From: an uncultured Rickettsiales bacterium
GTDB taxonomy: Bacteria; Myxococcota_A; UBA796; UBA9615; CAYRNR01
Direction: 5' to 3'
NCBI GenBank assembly: GCA_964504165.1
Contig: CAZDDH010000002.1
Coordinates: forward strand, 24,327 to 88,326
DNA length: 64,000 nucleotides
Shown: piece by piece, positions 21,587 to 30,807 of the stretch
How positions within the stretch are numbered: the first letter of the stretch is position 1
Layout of the letters: the number at the start of each line of letters is the position of its first letter
Made by a program: the position numbers and the translations under genes
Notes under the pieces: model-generated
The model's input: only the letters and a program-made list of their open reading frames with translations
Databases searched by the model: none
What the model was told of the DNA's origin: nothing

Positions 21587-22497
21587 GATCCTGTCGCGCC
21601 CAGCGCGAGCCTCGCCGCACCCACCGCACCGGCCGTTTCTCCCAGCTCCCCCACTCTCACCGGACCGATTGTTCGGAGCACCTCCGGCGTCGCCCGCTGG
21701 CGAAGCCCGGCATCACAGCTGGGCTCGAACAGGTCCCATGAACGGGTCAATCCGCCGGTCACCACCAGCACCTGTGGGTTGAACAGATTGCCCAGATCCC
21801 CCAGCGCACGGCCCAGATCCTCGCCGACCCCCTGCACGGCCTCCAGCGCCGGCGGGTCCCCTCGCCGAGCCGCCTCGCAGACCTCCGACGCGCTGGTCAT
21901 GCCGGCGATGCGCGCCAGGGCCGTTCCGCTGGCGTGGGCTTCCAGGCACCCCCGCGCCCCACAGCCGCACGGTTCCCCCCCCCGCCGCACGGCCATGTGG
22001 CCCGCCTCTCCGCCCGCGCCGGTGGCACCGCGTAGCACGCGCCCCCCCACCAGGATTCCGGATCCGACGCCGGTACCCAGGGTCAACAGCACGACGTGCT
22101 CGCAGCCGGCCGCCACGCCGCACCAGCTTTCCCCCAACACGGCGACGTTTGCGTCGTTGTCGATGGCCACCGGCCGGCCCGTCAGCCCGGCCAACCGCTC
22201 CCTCAAACGCATCCCCTCCCAGTTGGGAAAATTGGGGGAACTGGCCAGCACACCGTCGGTCAGCCGGTGGAAGCCCGGGACACCAAAACCGATGCCCGAC
22301 GGTTCCAGCCCACGCCGGCTGGCCGCCCGCTCCAGATCCACGATGACGGCGGTCAGTTCTCGCTCCACGGAGGCTTGCTCACGGCTGGCCAGGGCGATGG
22401 AACGGTGATCCAGCTGTTCCCCATCCTCCGAGGCCAAAACGCCACGTATTCCGTGGCCACCCAGATCGATTCCCAGAACCACACGTTGAGTATTCAT
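21583..22497 (-). CDS. ROK-family sugar kinase (glucokinase-like)
   Basis: GIDLGG, DNDANVA, LTLGTGVGSG, GEAGH and CGCGARGCLE; start reassigned to MNTQRVV. Confidence 0.9.
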   Translation of the reverse strand: MNTQRVVLGIDLGGHGIRGVLASEDGEQLDHRSIALASREQASVERELTAVIVDLERAASRRGLEPSGIGFGVPGFHRLTDGVLASSPNFPNWEGMRLRERLAGLTGRPVAIDNDANVAVLGESWCGVAAGCEHVVLLTLGTGVGSGILVGGRVLRGATGAGGEAGHMAVRRGGEPCGCGARGCLEAHASGTALARIAGMTSASEVCEAARRGDPPALEAVQGVGEDLGRALGDLGNLFNPQVLVVTGGLTRSWDLFEPSCDAGLRQRATPEVLRTIGPVRVGELGETAGAVGAARLALGATGS

Positions 22498-22536
22498 GGC
22501 ACAAGCATGCAGGGACCGGAGTAAGATGCCAACCCT

Positions 22537-24270
22537 GTGAGACGCCCATTCCCGCTCAAGGATATTGCCCGCGCCCGTGAAATCCTGGGGGTCCTGTTCC
22601 GCCATGGATTCGGCAACCTGTTGGGGAAGCTTCCGGGCCAGCTCCTTGGGGACAATCTATCGACGGCCCTGGACGAGGCGGACCGGGGACTGACCGGGCC
22701 CGAACGGCTCCTGCGGGTGATCGAGGACCTGGGGCCAACGTTCGTCAAGCTGGGCCAGATCCTCTCCACCCGCCCCGATCTGCTCTCCCAGGACTACATC
22801 GATTCGCTGGCCAAGCTGCAAGACTCGGTCCCCCCGTTCTCCGCCGAGGAAGCGGAACGGGTGGTGACCGAGGAGTTGCGGCAACCCATCGATCAGCTGT
22901 TCGAAACCTTCGAGCCCGATCCGGTCGCGTCGGCCTCCATCGCCCAGGTCCATGCCGCCACGCTCCCCGATGGGACCCCCGTGGCCGTCAAGGTCCAGCG
23001 GCCCGATATCGAAGCGCTGATCCGTAGCGACATCCATATCCTCTACGGGCTGCTCGAAGCGGCTCAGGGCAGCCTTGAACCGATAGGGCTCTACTCACCG
23101 ATCGCCGTCTTGCAGCAGTTCGAGCGGGCCGTGACCTCCGAGCTGGATTTCCTCATGGAGGCTCGTAACGCCGAGACTCTCGGCCGCAATCTGGCGGGGA
23201 TCGAAGGGATCCGGGTGCCGGAGGTCAAGCGACGGTTGACCAGCCATCGAGTCCTCACGGCGACCTGGCTGGAGGGGGTCAACCTGTCCCGTATCGACGA
23301 GTCGGGGGTCGAACCCCAGCTCATCATGGACCGCGTCGTGAAGGCGACGTACCAGCAGATCTTCGTCGATGGCTTCTTCCATGCCGATCCCCACCCCGGC
23401 AATCTGCTGGTCGGGCGGGACGGGACGCTGGGATACGTGGATTTCGGCATCATGGGTTCGTTGACCCGCAGCCAGCAGGACCTGCTGATCGATCTGTTCA
23501 CCGCGATCATCCTGCGGGACGGCCAGGGAGTGGCGCGAGCATGTTATCGGGCGGGGGGCGCTGAAGACCGCCTGGATCTGCGTAATTTCTCCCGCGAGGC
23601 GGACGAGCTGTTCGCACGCTACGGCGGCCTGTCCATGGCCGAGCAGCCGATGGGCACGATCTTCACCGACCTCATCCAGCTCACCGCCCGTCATCGCCTG
23701 CGGCTGCCCGAGGAGTACGCCATGCTCGCCCGCGCCGGCGTGACCCTGGACGGGTTGGCCCGCATGCACGTGCCCGACTGGAATATGTTCGAGACCCTCA
23801 AGCCGCTGGCGACCGACCTGACCATGCAGCGTCATGATCTGGGGCGGGTTTCGGCCGACGCACTCTCCGCAGCCAGCAGCGCCGTGGGGGCCGCCCGGGA
23901 CCTGCCGCTCCAGCTAGAGCAGATCGTGATGGATCTGGAACATGGCCGGCTCACCGTACGCACCCAAAACGAGGATCTGGATGCCCTCAATCAAACCGTC
24001 CGTCGGGTGGGAACCAGCCTGCTGCTGGCGCTGGGCGCCGGGTCGTTGCTGATCTCCGCCGCCGTACTCACGGCCGGGACAGACGCCAACCTCTTCGGAT
24101 TCCCGTTCATGAAGTTCATCAGCGCCATTGCCATCGTGGTTTCCCTGGGCTCGGCGTCGGGACTTCTGGGTGCACTGGGATTCCACATGTTCATCACGAG
24201 GAGACTGCGGCCGAGAATCATCAGGAGGCTGATTTCTTGGGTTGTCAACAGGGGCAAGTCAGCGAAATGA
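22537..24270 (+). CDS. ABC1/UbiB-family atypical protein kinase
   Basis: LGPTFVKLGQILSTRPDL, ASASIAQVH, AVKVQRP, FFHADPHPGN and DFG; two C-terminal TM helices. Confidence 0.92.
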   Translation: MRRPFPLKDIARAREILGVLFRHGFGNLLGKLPGQLLGDNLSTALDEADRGLTGPERLLRVIEDLGPTFVKLGQILSTRPDLLSQDYIDSLAKLQDSVPPFSAEEAERVVTEELRQPIDQLFETFEPDPVASASIAQVHAATLPDGTPVAVKVQRPDIEALIRSDIHILYGLLEAAQGSLEPIGLYSPIAVLQQFERAVTSELDFLMEARNAETLGRNLAGIEGIRVPEVKRRLTSHRVLTATWLEGVNLSRIDESGVEPQLIMDRVVKATYQQIFVDGFFHADPHPGNLLVGRDGTLGYVDFGIMGSLTRSQQDLLIDLFTAIILRDGQGVARACYRAGGAEDRLDLRNFSREADELFARYGGLSMAEQPMGTIFTDLIQLTARHRLRLPEEYAMLARAGVTLDGLARMHVPDWNMFETLKPLATDLTMQRHDLGRVSADALSAASSAVGAARDLPLQLEQIVMDLEHGRLTVRTQNEDLDALNQTVRRVGTSLLLALGAGSLLISAAVLTAGTDANLFGFPFMKFISAIAIVVSLGSASGLLGALGFHMFITRRLRPRIIRRLISWVVNRGKSAK

Positions 24271-24411
24271 CAAGGCTCCCTTCCATGGGCCGCACGAGGG
24301 TGACAGGCTCGAAAACCTCTGGTACGCTGGCAGCTCACATACTGGCGTAGTGTATGCGGACATACCGCATCGAACGAATGAATCGCGGAAACCCTGGCTA
24401 GAGGTGTTGAG

Positions 24412-26085
24412 GTGAATTCACCGCAGGATGCAGGAACCCCGGCTGAGCCCCCGAACAAAAAGGGTTTTCAGCTACCAGAACTACCGCCGGGCGAGGTCAT
24501 CGCCCAGAAATTCGTCATCACCAAGAAGCTCGGAGAGGGCCTTCTGGGTGCGGTCTACCAGGCCACCTCCATGAAGGACAAGAGCCAGCTGGCTCTCAAA
24601 ATTCTTCGTCCAAATCTGGTGGCAGAAGAGATCGATCTGAATCGCTTCACTCGCGAACTCAATCTGGCGAAGCAGCTGAAGCACCCCGGGATCGTCGATT
24701 TCTACGATATCGGCGAACACGAAGGCCTCAAGTTCTTCACCATGGAGCTCATCGAAAGCGACTCCCTCCGGGATCGGATGGAGAAGTACAAGAAGTCCGG
24801 CAGGGACTTCACTCCGCAGGAGATGTACGGCTTTCTGATCCAGATGCTCGAGATCTTGAGGTACGCGCATCAGGCCACGTTGCACCGCAACCTGAAGCCC
24901 GAGAACATTCTCATGCTTCAGGAGAAGGGCAAGGACGGGAAGCAGCGCACGCGGATCAAGGTTAGCGATTTCGCCATCGCGCACGTCATCTCACCGACCA
25001 TCTTTGCCTCGTCGTTCGTGCGGCGTGAGGAAGCCTTCTACCTGGCACCCGAGATCAGCCAGTTCCAGGATAAGGCCGGCCCGGAATCCGATATCTACTC
25101 GGTGGGCGCCATCTTCTACGAGATGCTCACCGGGAAGCCCCCTATCGGGCGTTATCTGCTGCCCAGTGAGGTGAACTCCAGCCTCTCCAAGAAGCTCGAC
25201 ACCCTGGTGGAGATCGCCCTGGCGCCAAGCCCGGCCGACCGCTTCCAGACCGCCGAGGACATGATCAACACGGTCAAGCTCACCTTCGCCGACCTGTACG
25301 GCGGGACGGGTGGGACCGTGTTCCGGATCCTCGCCGTGCTGGCTTTCGCCGCCCTGATCGGCGCCGGCATCGGCGCGTATTTCTTCCTGGACGAGGGGCC
25401 CACGGAGAAAGAGATCGCCGCCGAGCGGGCCCTCCACATGGAGACCATCCTGGGGCAGGTCCAGGCCGACAATACCCCCATGACAGCGGAAGAGATAGCG
25501 ACCAAGGAAGCGCTACACGAGGGGATGTCGTACATCCCGCCGGGGTACTACCTCAAGGGCCGCTGGCATTTCGACGATGCGGCAGGTGCATCGGAAAACG
25601 TGGAGATCAAGCGTTACGTGCAGGGGTACTGGATCGACAAGTACGAATACCCGAACGTCGTCGGCAAGGAGCCGGTCAACCTGATCACATGGAACGAGGC
25701 CGGGACGTTGTGCCAGGAGCAGGAAAAATCCCTTTGCACGGAGGATCAGTGGGAGAAGGCCTGTAAGGGCCCGGCGATGCAGGTCTATCCGTACGGCCCC
25801 GAGTACGATGAGAGCAAGTGCCTCACCACGGGCAACAAGCTCAACGGCGGCTACGAGACCGGCAGCAGCCCCGGGTGCGTCTCCGGGTACGACGTGTTCG
25901 AGATGGCCGGTGGTTGCCTCGAATGGACCTACAGCAGCAAGGCCAAGGGCGATCGCAAGATCACCAAGGGCGGCTACGCTCCCGGCCAGGAAATGGGCGG
26001 CACCCGCTGCGCGGCACGCAAGGACGAAAAGCCCACCTACGCGCACCAGAACCTGACCTTCCGCTGCTGCATCAACGACGAGTAG
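24412..26085 (+). CDS. Ser/Thr kinase-like domain, TM helix and extracytoplasmic FGE-sulfatase (SUMF1-like) domain; probable pseudokinase
   Basis: LGEGLLGAVY, ALKIL, HRNLKPEN, SDFA, YLAPE and SDIYSVG; C-terminal IDKYEYPN, WEKACKG, YPYG and FRCC. Confidence 0.85.
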   Translation: MNSPQDAGTPAEPPNKKGFQLPELPPGEVIAQKFVITKKLGEGLLGAVYQATSMKDKSQLALKILRPNLVAEEIDLNRFTRELNLAKQLKHPGIVDFYDIGEHEGLKFFTMELIESDSLRDRMEKYKKSGRDFTPQEMYGFLIQMLEILRYAHQATLHRNLKPENILMLQEKGKDGKQRTRIKVSDFAIAHVISPTIFASSFVRREEAFYLAPEISQFQDKAGPESDIYSVGAIFYEMLTGKPPIGRYLLPSEVNSSLSKKLDTLVEIALAPSPADRFQTAEDMINTVKLTFADLYGGTGGTVFRILAVLAFAALIGAGIGAYFFLDEGPTEKEIAAERALHMETILGQVQADNTPMTAEEIATKEALHEGMSYIPPGYYLKGRWHFDDAAGASENVEIKRYVQGYWIDKYEYPNVVGKEPVNLITWNEAGTLCQEQEKSLCTEDQWEKACKGPAMQVYPYGPEYDESKCLTTGNKLNGGYETGSSPGCVSGYDVFEMAGGCLEWTYSSKAKGDRKITKGGYAPGQEMGGTRCAARKDEKPTYAHQNLTFRCCINDE

Positions 26086-26143
26086 CGATGGGCTCGCGCC
26101 AGGTGCGAGCCACCCCCCTCTCCTTCCCGAACCAATTCCAGTA

Positions 26144-26959
26144 CTAGGACTGCGGGGCGTCGTTGAGCTGCCGGACGATCAAGCCGTAGATCCACGGATC
26201 GTCCACCAACTCCATGTGCCCCAGGCCCGTGACGACCAGATTGACCGCGTCGTGGCCGTCGGCGGCGGAGATCTGCGAATACCGCGAGGGGCACACCAGG
26301 TCGGTCTTGCTGTAGATGGACACGAACCTGGTAGTGGCCGGGATCGGATGCTCCTTGAGGTCACGGATGAACGAGGAGTTGGGCAGCATTTGCCAGACAC
26401 TGCGGCTCACCAGCCCGGTGAATCCCACCAATCCCACGAGGGCCGTCGGTGTTCCGTGGTGGGGGGAGCCCAAGGTGATCAGCGTGCTGACCCGACGGTG
26501 CCACCCTTCGCAGGCCACCAGATACCGCCCGACGAGCCCCCCCTTGGAGTGGCCGATGATGTGCAGGGTCCCCAGGTCACCGCGTTCACTGAGGCGCTCC
26601 AGCTTGCCTGCAATACGCTGTGCGAGCCGAGGAATGCTGTGGGAGTTGAAGTTGCCCAGGAAGCCGCCCAGGTGGAAGCTCAGGACCCTGTAGCCATCCG
26701 CCCGTAGCCGCTCTTCGAGGGGTTCCAGCACGTGGCGCGTCTGCCAGAAACCGTGCAACAGGAGCACCGTCTCCCCCGCCAGATGGAAATCATCCTGGCG
26801 GGCCACATGACGACCTAGATAATGGCGTGGCCGGCCCAGGTTCGCGGACAACGTCCGATGGACTGCAAGCACGCCATCGAGGGGATTCACCAACACATCA
26901 CTCCTTCCGCCATGTGCATCGTACTCCCGACTCTCCGATTCCGCGACCTCGAGGTCCAT
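26144..26959 (-). CDS. Alpha/beta hydrolase, lipase/esterase family
   Basis: LLHGF, GHSKGG, LGSPHHGT, SKTDLV and GHMEL; start uncertain. Confidence 0.85.
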   Translation of the reverse strand: MDLEVAESESREYDAHGGRSDVLVNPLDGVLAVHRTLSANLGRPRHYLGRHVARQDDFHLAGETVLLLHGFWQTRHVLEPLEERLRADGYRVLSFHLGGFLGNFNSHSIPRLAQRIAGKLERLSERGDLGTLHIIGHSKGGLVGRYLVACEGWHRRVSTLITLGSPHHGTPTALVGLVGFTGLVSRSVWQMLPNSSFIRDLKEHPIPATTRFVSIYSKTDLVCPSRYSQISAADGHDAVNLVVTGLGHMELVDDPWIYGLIVRQLNDAPQS

Positions 26960-26987
26960 TGACAGCCCGCGGTCGCACCGCCAGAAT
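26959..26987 (+). promoter_or_regulatory. Promoter-like TTGACA-N17-CAGAAT, near-duplicate of the purM promoter
   Basis: Perfect -35 with a 17-bp spacer; 24/29 identical to 29045-29073. Confidence 0.55.
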
Positions 26988-27030
26988 TTCCAGCCATGGG
27001 GCAGCATCTTCGACGAGATTCCACGGGCTC

Positions 27031-28956
27031 GTGACCTCCGGCAAACATAGGCCCGGCCGCCGGAAAACCGCCACGAAGATCCTGGAGCGCCTGACGGTTC
27101 CGGCGATCTACGGCGGGATCACCCTGCTGATTTCACTCCCGCTGGTCTTTGCGCCCGGCACCCAGCTACTGGGTGGTTTGGCGTCGGATGCTTGCTCACA
27201 CGTCTGGGGGATGAACTGGGCCCGGGAGGCGCTGTTTTATCAGGGCCGCCTGATGTTCCTGGATGCCCCCTCCATCAATTACCCCCTGGGGGGCAGCCTG
27301 ATCAGCTGCCATCCCCTCAATGATCTACTGTCCATCCCCTTACAGGTCCTCTTCGGGCCGTTGACCGCGTTCAATCTGATCCTGCTGTTCCACGTGATCC
27401 TGGCCGCCTGGGGAGCCTACGCCCTGGCCCGGTACCTGACCGGGGACCGCCGGGCCGCCTTCGTGGCGGGGGTGGTGTTTGCATTTTGCCCATTCCTGGC
27501 GACCTTTGCGGTGGCCTCGGGTGGCACGGAGATGGTCTCGGTGGGCTGGCTCCCGCTGGGGGCACTGTTCGGCCTGCGCACCCTGCGCGAGGGGGGCTGG
27601 AAGAACCCCGTGCTCCTGGCGCTGACGATGGTCGCCATCGATCTGACCTGCGTCTACTACGTGGCGGTGATGGTCCTGTTCTGTGCCGGGCTGGTCCTCT
27701 ACCACGGGAGCCTCGGCACGGGAGCCATCGATGCGTTGGCCCCCGGGACACCCCCGCGCGCTCCACGTACGGGCGGCCGCCTGGCAGGGGTCGCCCGGCT
27801 GATCGGGGCTGCCGGCCTCACCCTGCTGCTGGCGGGTCCGCACCTGGTGTTGCTGATGAGGGCCGTCGACAGCCCGGATTCGCTGCTCCGCGATCAGGTC
27901 GCCGACCGGCCGACCCTCTTCGGTTCGAACGACCCGCCCCCACCCCCGCTCCCCGTGGAGCCCGGTGCCAGGGACGACCCGAAGGCCATGCCCACCGGAT
28001 ATCCACCGAACACCGTGCGGGCCGGTTCGTCCATCTCCCAGCAGGGATACTCGTCCGTCTACCTGCTCAACGTGATCCGCCCGGGGGGCGGTTCCCTGCA
28101 ACACCACGACAGCTTCTGCGAGTTCCGCCTCGATCCATACCTGGGCCTCGTGGCGCTGGCGCTGGCCGCCATCGCCCTCTGGGGCGGGCCCCGGCGGGCG
28201 ACGGTGTTCTGGGTCGTCGTGTGGGCCTGCTTCACGGCCTTCGCCATCGGTCCGGATTTCAACCTCACCGCCAGCCATCAGCTGGGCCGGCTGCTGGCGC
28301 CCGCTCGTCTGCTCGGCGCCGTGTTTTTCCTCAACCCGCCCGGGCACGAAGCCGTCTACTACGTGATGAGCATGCTGGCGCTGGCCGTCCTGAGCGCCAT
28401 GGGTACGAAGGTACTGCTGGAGCGTTTCCCGCTCCGCCGTCCAGGCGCCGTGACGGCGGCCATCGCCGCTGTGGTACTGGCAGACTACGCCCTGCTCTCC
28501 TCCCGGCCCTTCCCCCTGCAGCACGAGCGGGTCGATCTGCCGGAGGCGTACCTGGACAAGGTCCACAGCTATAGCAGCACGCCGATGCTGGAGCTACCCA
28601 TGTGGCGCGACGGTACGATGGTGGCCAACCGGGGCCAGTTTTGCTACCAGGCGCTCCACCACCAGCCCATCGCGGGCTCCATCGCTGCCGGGATCCCCTA
28701 CACCCTGGAAAAGAACCTGCTCACGTTGAGGCTCATCTCCGAGGAGTTTGGCCCCAGGGAATTGGATATCGAGCAGCGGCAATACCAAGATGCGATCGAC
28801 TGGCTGCGCGCGGATGGGTTCCGCTACGTCATCGTCGATTCCAGCGCCTATGCGGAGGCCAGCTGGCAACGGGTCGAGCCCCTACTCGCCCAGCACCTGG
28901 GCCAGCCCATCGAGTATCCGGATGGCTATCGCGTGTACTCGATCGAGCCCTACTGA
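27031..28956 (+). CDS. Polytopic membrane protein, GT-C/YfhO-like glycosyltransferase candidate
   Basis: Many TM helices; N-terminal D..HVW...YPLG loop, AWGAYALARYL...AAFVAGVVFAFCP, YLGLVAL and a C-terminal soluble domain (LELP...Y.ALHH.PI, FRYVIV). GTG start chosen over the track start at 26827. Confidence 0.6.
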   Translation: MTSGKHRPGRRKTATKILERLTVPAIYGGITLLISLPLVFAPGTQLLGGLASDACSHVWGMNWAREALFYQGRLMFLDAPSINYPLGGSLISCHPLNDLLSIPLQVLFGPLTAFNLILLFHVILAAWGAYALARYLTGDRRAAFVAGVVFAFCPFLATFAVASGGTEMVSVGWLPLGALFGLRTLREGGWKNPVLLALTMVAIDLTCVYYVAVMVLFCAGLVLYHGSLGTGAIDALAPGTPPRAPRTGGRLAGVARLIGAAGLTLLLAGPHLVLLMRAVDSPDSLLRDQVADRPTLFGSNDPPPPPLPVEPGARDDPKAMPTGYPPNTVRAGSSISQQGYSSVYLLNVIRPGGGSLQHHDSFCEFRLDPYLGLVALALAAIALWGGPRRATVFWVVVWACFTAFAIGPDFNLTASHQLGRLLAPARLLGAVFFLNPPGHEAVYYVMSMLALAVLSAMGTKVLLERFPLRRPGAVTAAIAAVVLADYALLSSRPFPLQHERVDLPEAYLDKVHSYSSTPMLELPMWRDGTMVANRGQFCYQALHHQPIAGSIAAGIPYTLEKNLLTLRLISEEFGPRELDIEQRQYQDAIDWLRADGFRYVIVDSSAYAEASWQRVEPLLAQHLGQPIEYPDGYRVYSIEPY

Positions 28957-29044
28957 GCGCCTGTTGGAGATAGGCTCCCGGCCCGAATCCCATGCCAGAA
29001 TCACCGCAGGTTTCTGCGGGCTGAACAATGGACCCGAAGCTTCA

Positions 29045-29073
29045 TTGACAGCCCACGGCTGCGACGCCAGAAT
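29045..29073 (+). promoter_or_regulatory. Promoter TTGACA-N17-CAGAAT for purMN (near-leaderless)
   Basis: The -10 ends 10 bp before the purM ATG and no SD is visible. Confidence 0.6.
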
Positions 29074-29083
29074 CCCCTCCCAT

Positions 29084-30130
29084 ATGGAACGCGATCAATA
29101 CAAGGAAGCTGGGGTCGACATCGAAGCCGGCAACGAGGTCGTGGAGCGCATCAAGCCGCTGGTTCGCTCCACTTTCCGCCCCGAAGTGCTGACCGATATC
29201 GGCGGATTCGGCGGGCTGTTTGGCCTGCCGGATCGCGACTACAAGAACCTGGTGCTGGTGAGCTCCACCGACGGCGTCGGGACCAAGCTCAAGGTGGCCC
29301 AGCTGGCGGGGATCCACGACACGGTGGGCATCGATCTGGTGGCCATGTGCGTCAACGACGTCGTGGTCCAGGGCGCGGAACCGTTGTTCTTCCTGGACTA
29401 CTTCGCCACCGGCAAGCTCGAGCCCGAGGTCACCGTGGCGGTCGTAGAAGGTATCGCCGAGGGTTGCCGCCAGGCGGGCTGCGCGCTCATCGGCGGCGAG
29501 ACGGCGGAGATGCCGGACATGTACCCCAGCGGGGAGTATGACCTGGCCGGCTTCACCGTGGGCGCCGTGGACCGCTCCCGCCTGCTGGATGGCAAGGCAG
29601 TGAAACCGGGGATGGCGCTACTGGGGCTGGAAGCGTCCGGTTTACACAGCAACGGCTATTCCCTGGTCCGCCACCTGCTGTTGGGCCAGGCGGGGCTCGA
29701 TCTGGAGGCCATCCCCGATGGCCTGGACCGGCCGTTGGCCCTCGAGCTCCTGGAGCCCACCCGCATCTACGTCAAGCCCCTGCTGGCACTCCTCGAGAAG
29801 ACCGCGGTAGCCGGGCTGGCCAACATCACCGGGGGTGGCTTGCTGGAGAACCTGCCCCGCGTCTTGCCCACCGGGTGTGTGGCGCGGGTACAGCGCAACT
29901 CCTGGCACGAACCGGCGATCTTCGATCTGCTGCGGCGAACGGGCGATCTGACGGAACGGGAAATGCTGCGGACCTTCAACTGCGGGCTCGGCATGGTCGT
30001 CGTGCTCCCCGCCGACGAGGTCGATGTAGCGGCCACCATCCTCGAGCAGCACGATGTGGGCAGCTCGGTCATCGGCGAGCTGTTCGAGGGCGACGATGCT
30101 TCCGCGCCGCCCACCGTGGACATGGTTTGA
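29084..30130 (+). CDS. purM: Phosphoribosylformylglycinamidine cyclo-ligase
   Basis: YKEAGVDI, TDGVGTK, DLVAMCVND, GGETAEMP, SGLHSNGYSL, ITGGGL and TFNCG. Confidence 0.97.
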   Translation: MERDQYKEAGVDIEAGNEVVERIKPLVRSTFRPEVLTDIGGFGGLFGLPDRDYKNLVLVSSTDGVGTKLKVAQLAGIHDTVGIDLVAMCVNDVVVQGAEPLFFLDYFATGKLEPEVTVAVVEGIAEGCRQAGCALIGGETAEMPDMYPSGEYDLAGFTVGAVDRSRLLDGKAVKPGMALLGLEASGLHSNGYSLVRHLLLGQAGLDLEAIPDGLDRPLALELLEPTRIYVKPLLALLEKTAVAGLANITGGGLLENLPRVLPTGCVARVQRNSWHEPAIFDLLRRTGDLTEREMLRTFNCGLGMVVVLPADEVDVAATILEQHDVGSSVIGELFEGDDASAPPTVDMV

Positions 30131-30146
30131 AACGGGGGGTGATCTC

Positions 30147-30791
30147 GTGACCATCCGACTGGGTATCCTGATCTCCGGACGGGGCTCCAACATGATGAGC
30201 ATCCTGGCAGCCATTCGCCGGGGTGAGATCGACGCCGAGGTGAGCCTGGTCTTCTCCAACCGCCCCAAGGCCCCCGGGCTCGCCTGGGCGCGCGCCGAGG
30301 GGTTGCCGACCGCCAGCTTCTCCCATCTCGAGTACGAGTCGCGGGAAGCCTTCGACGAGGCGATGGTCGAGCAGCTGAAGAACGCGGGGACCGAGTGGAT
30401 CGCGCTGGCCGGCTTCATGCGGATCCTCAGCCCCCGGTTCCTGGATGCCTTCCCCGGGCGGATCCTCAACATCCACCCGGCTCTGTTACCGAGCTTCAAG
30501 GGCACCGATACCCATCAGCGGGCGCTGGACACGGGCGTCCGCCTCCACGGCTGCACCGTGCATATCGTCAGCCCGGAACTGGATGGGGGCCCGATCATCT
30601 GCCAGGCGGCCGTACCGGTGCAGGACGACGACACCGCCGACTCGCTGGCGGAACGGGTTCTGGTCCAGGAACACCTCCTCTATCCCCGCGCCCTGGCGCT
30701 GGCCGCATCCGGGCAAGTACGGGTCGAGGGGGGCCGTGTTCGCATCGATGATCTGCCCGCAGCGGGCGGCCAGGCTCTGATCTGGCCATGA
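30147..30791 (+). CDS. purN: Phosphoribosylglycinamide formyltransferase
   Basis: LISGRGSN, LAGFMRIL, NIHPALLPSFKG, GCTVH and LDGGPII. Confidence 0.96.
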   Translation: MTIRLGILISGRGSNMMSILAAIRRGEIDAEVSLVFSNRPKAPGLAWARAEGLPTASFSHLEYESREAFDEAMVEQLKNAGTEWIALAGFMRILSPRFLDAFPGRILNIHPALLPSFKGTDTHQRALDTGVRLHGCTVHIVSPELDGGPIICQAAVPVQDDDTADSLAERVLVQEHLLYPRALALAASGQVRVEGGRVRIDDLPAAGGQALIWP

Positions 30792-30807
30792 GCACCGGAG
30801 GAACCCC

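Noticed and set aside
30622-30645. DDDTA in PurN as another instance of the exported-protein motif
   Set aside because: PurN is cytoplasmic and DDT at this position is a normal family feature. It shows the motif can arise by chance.
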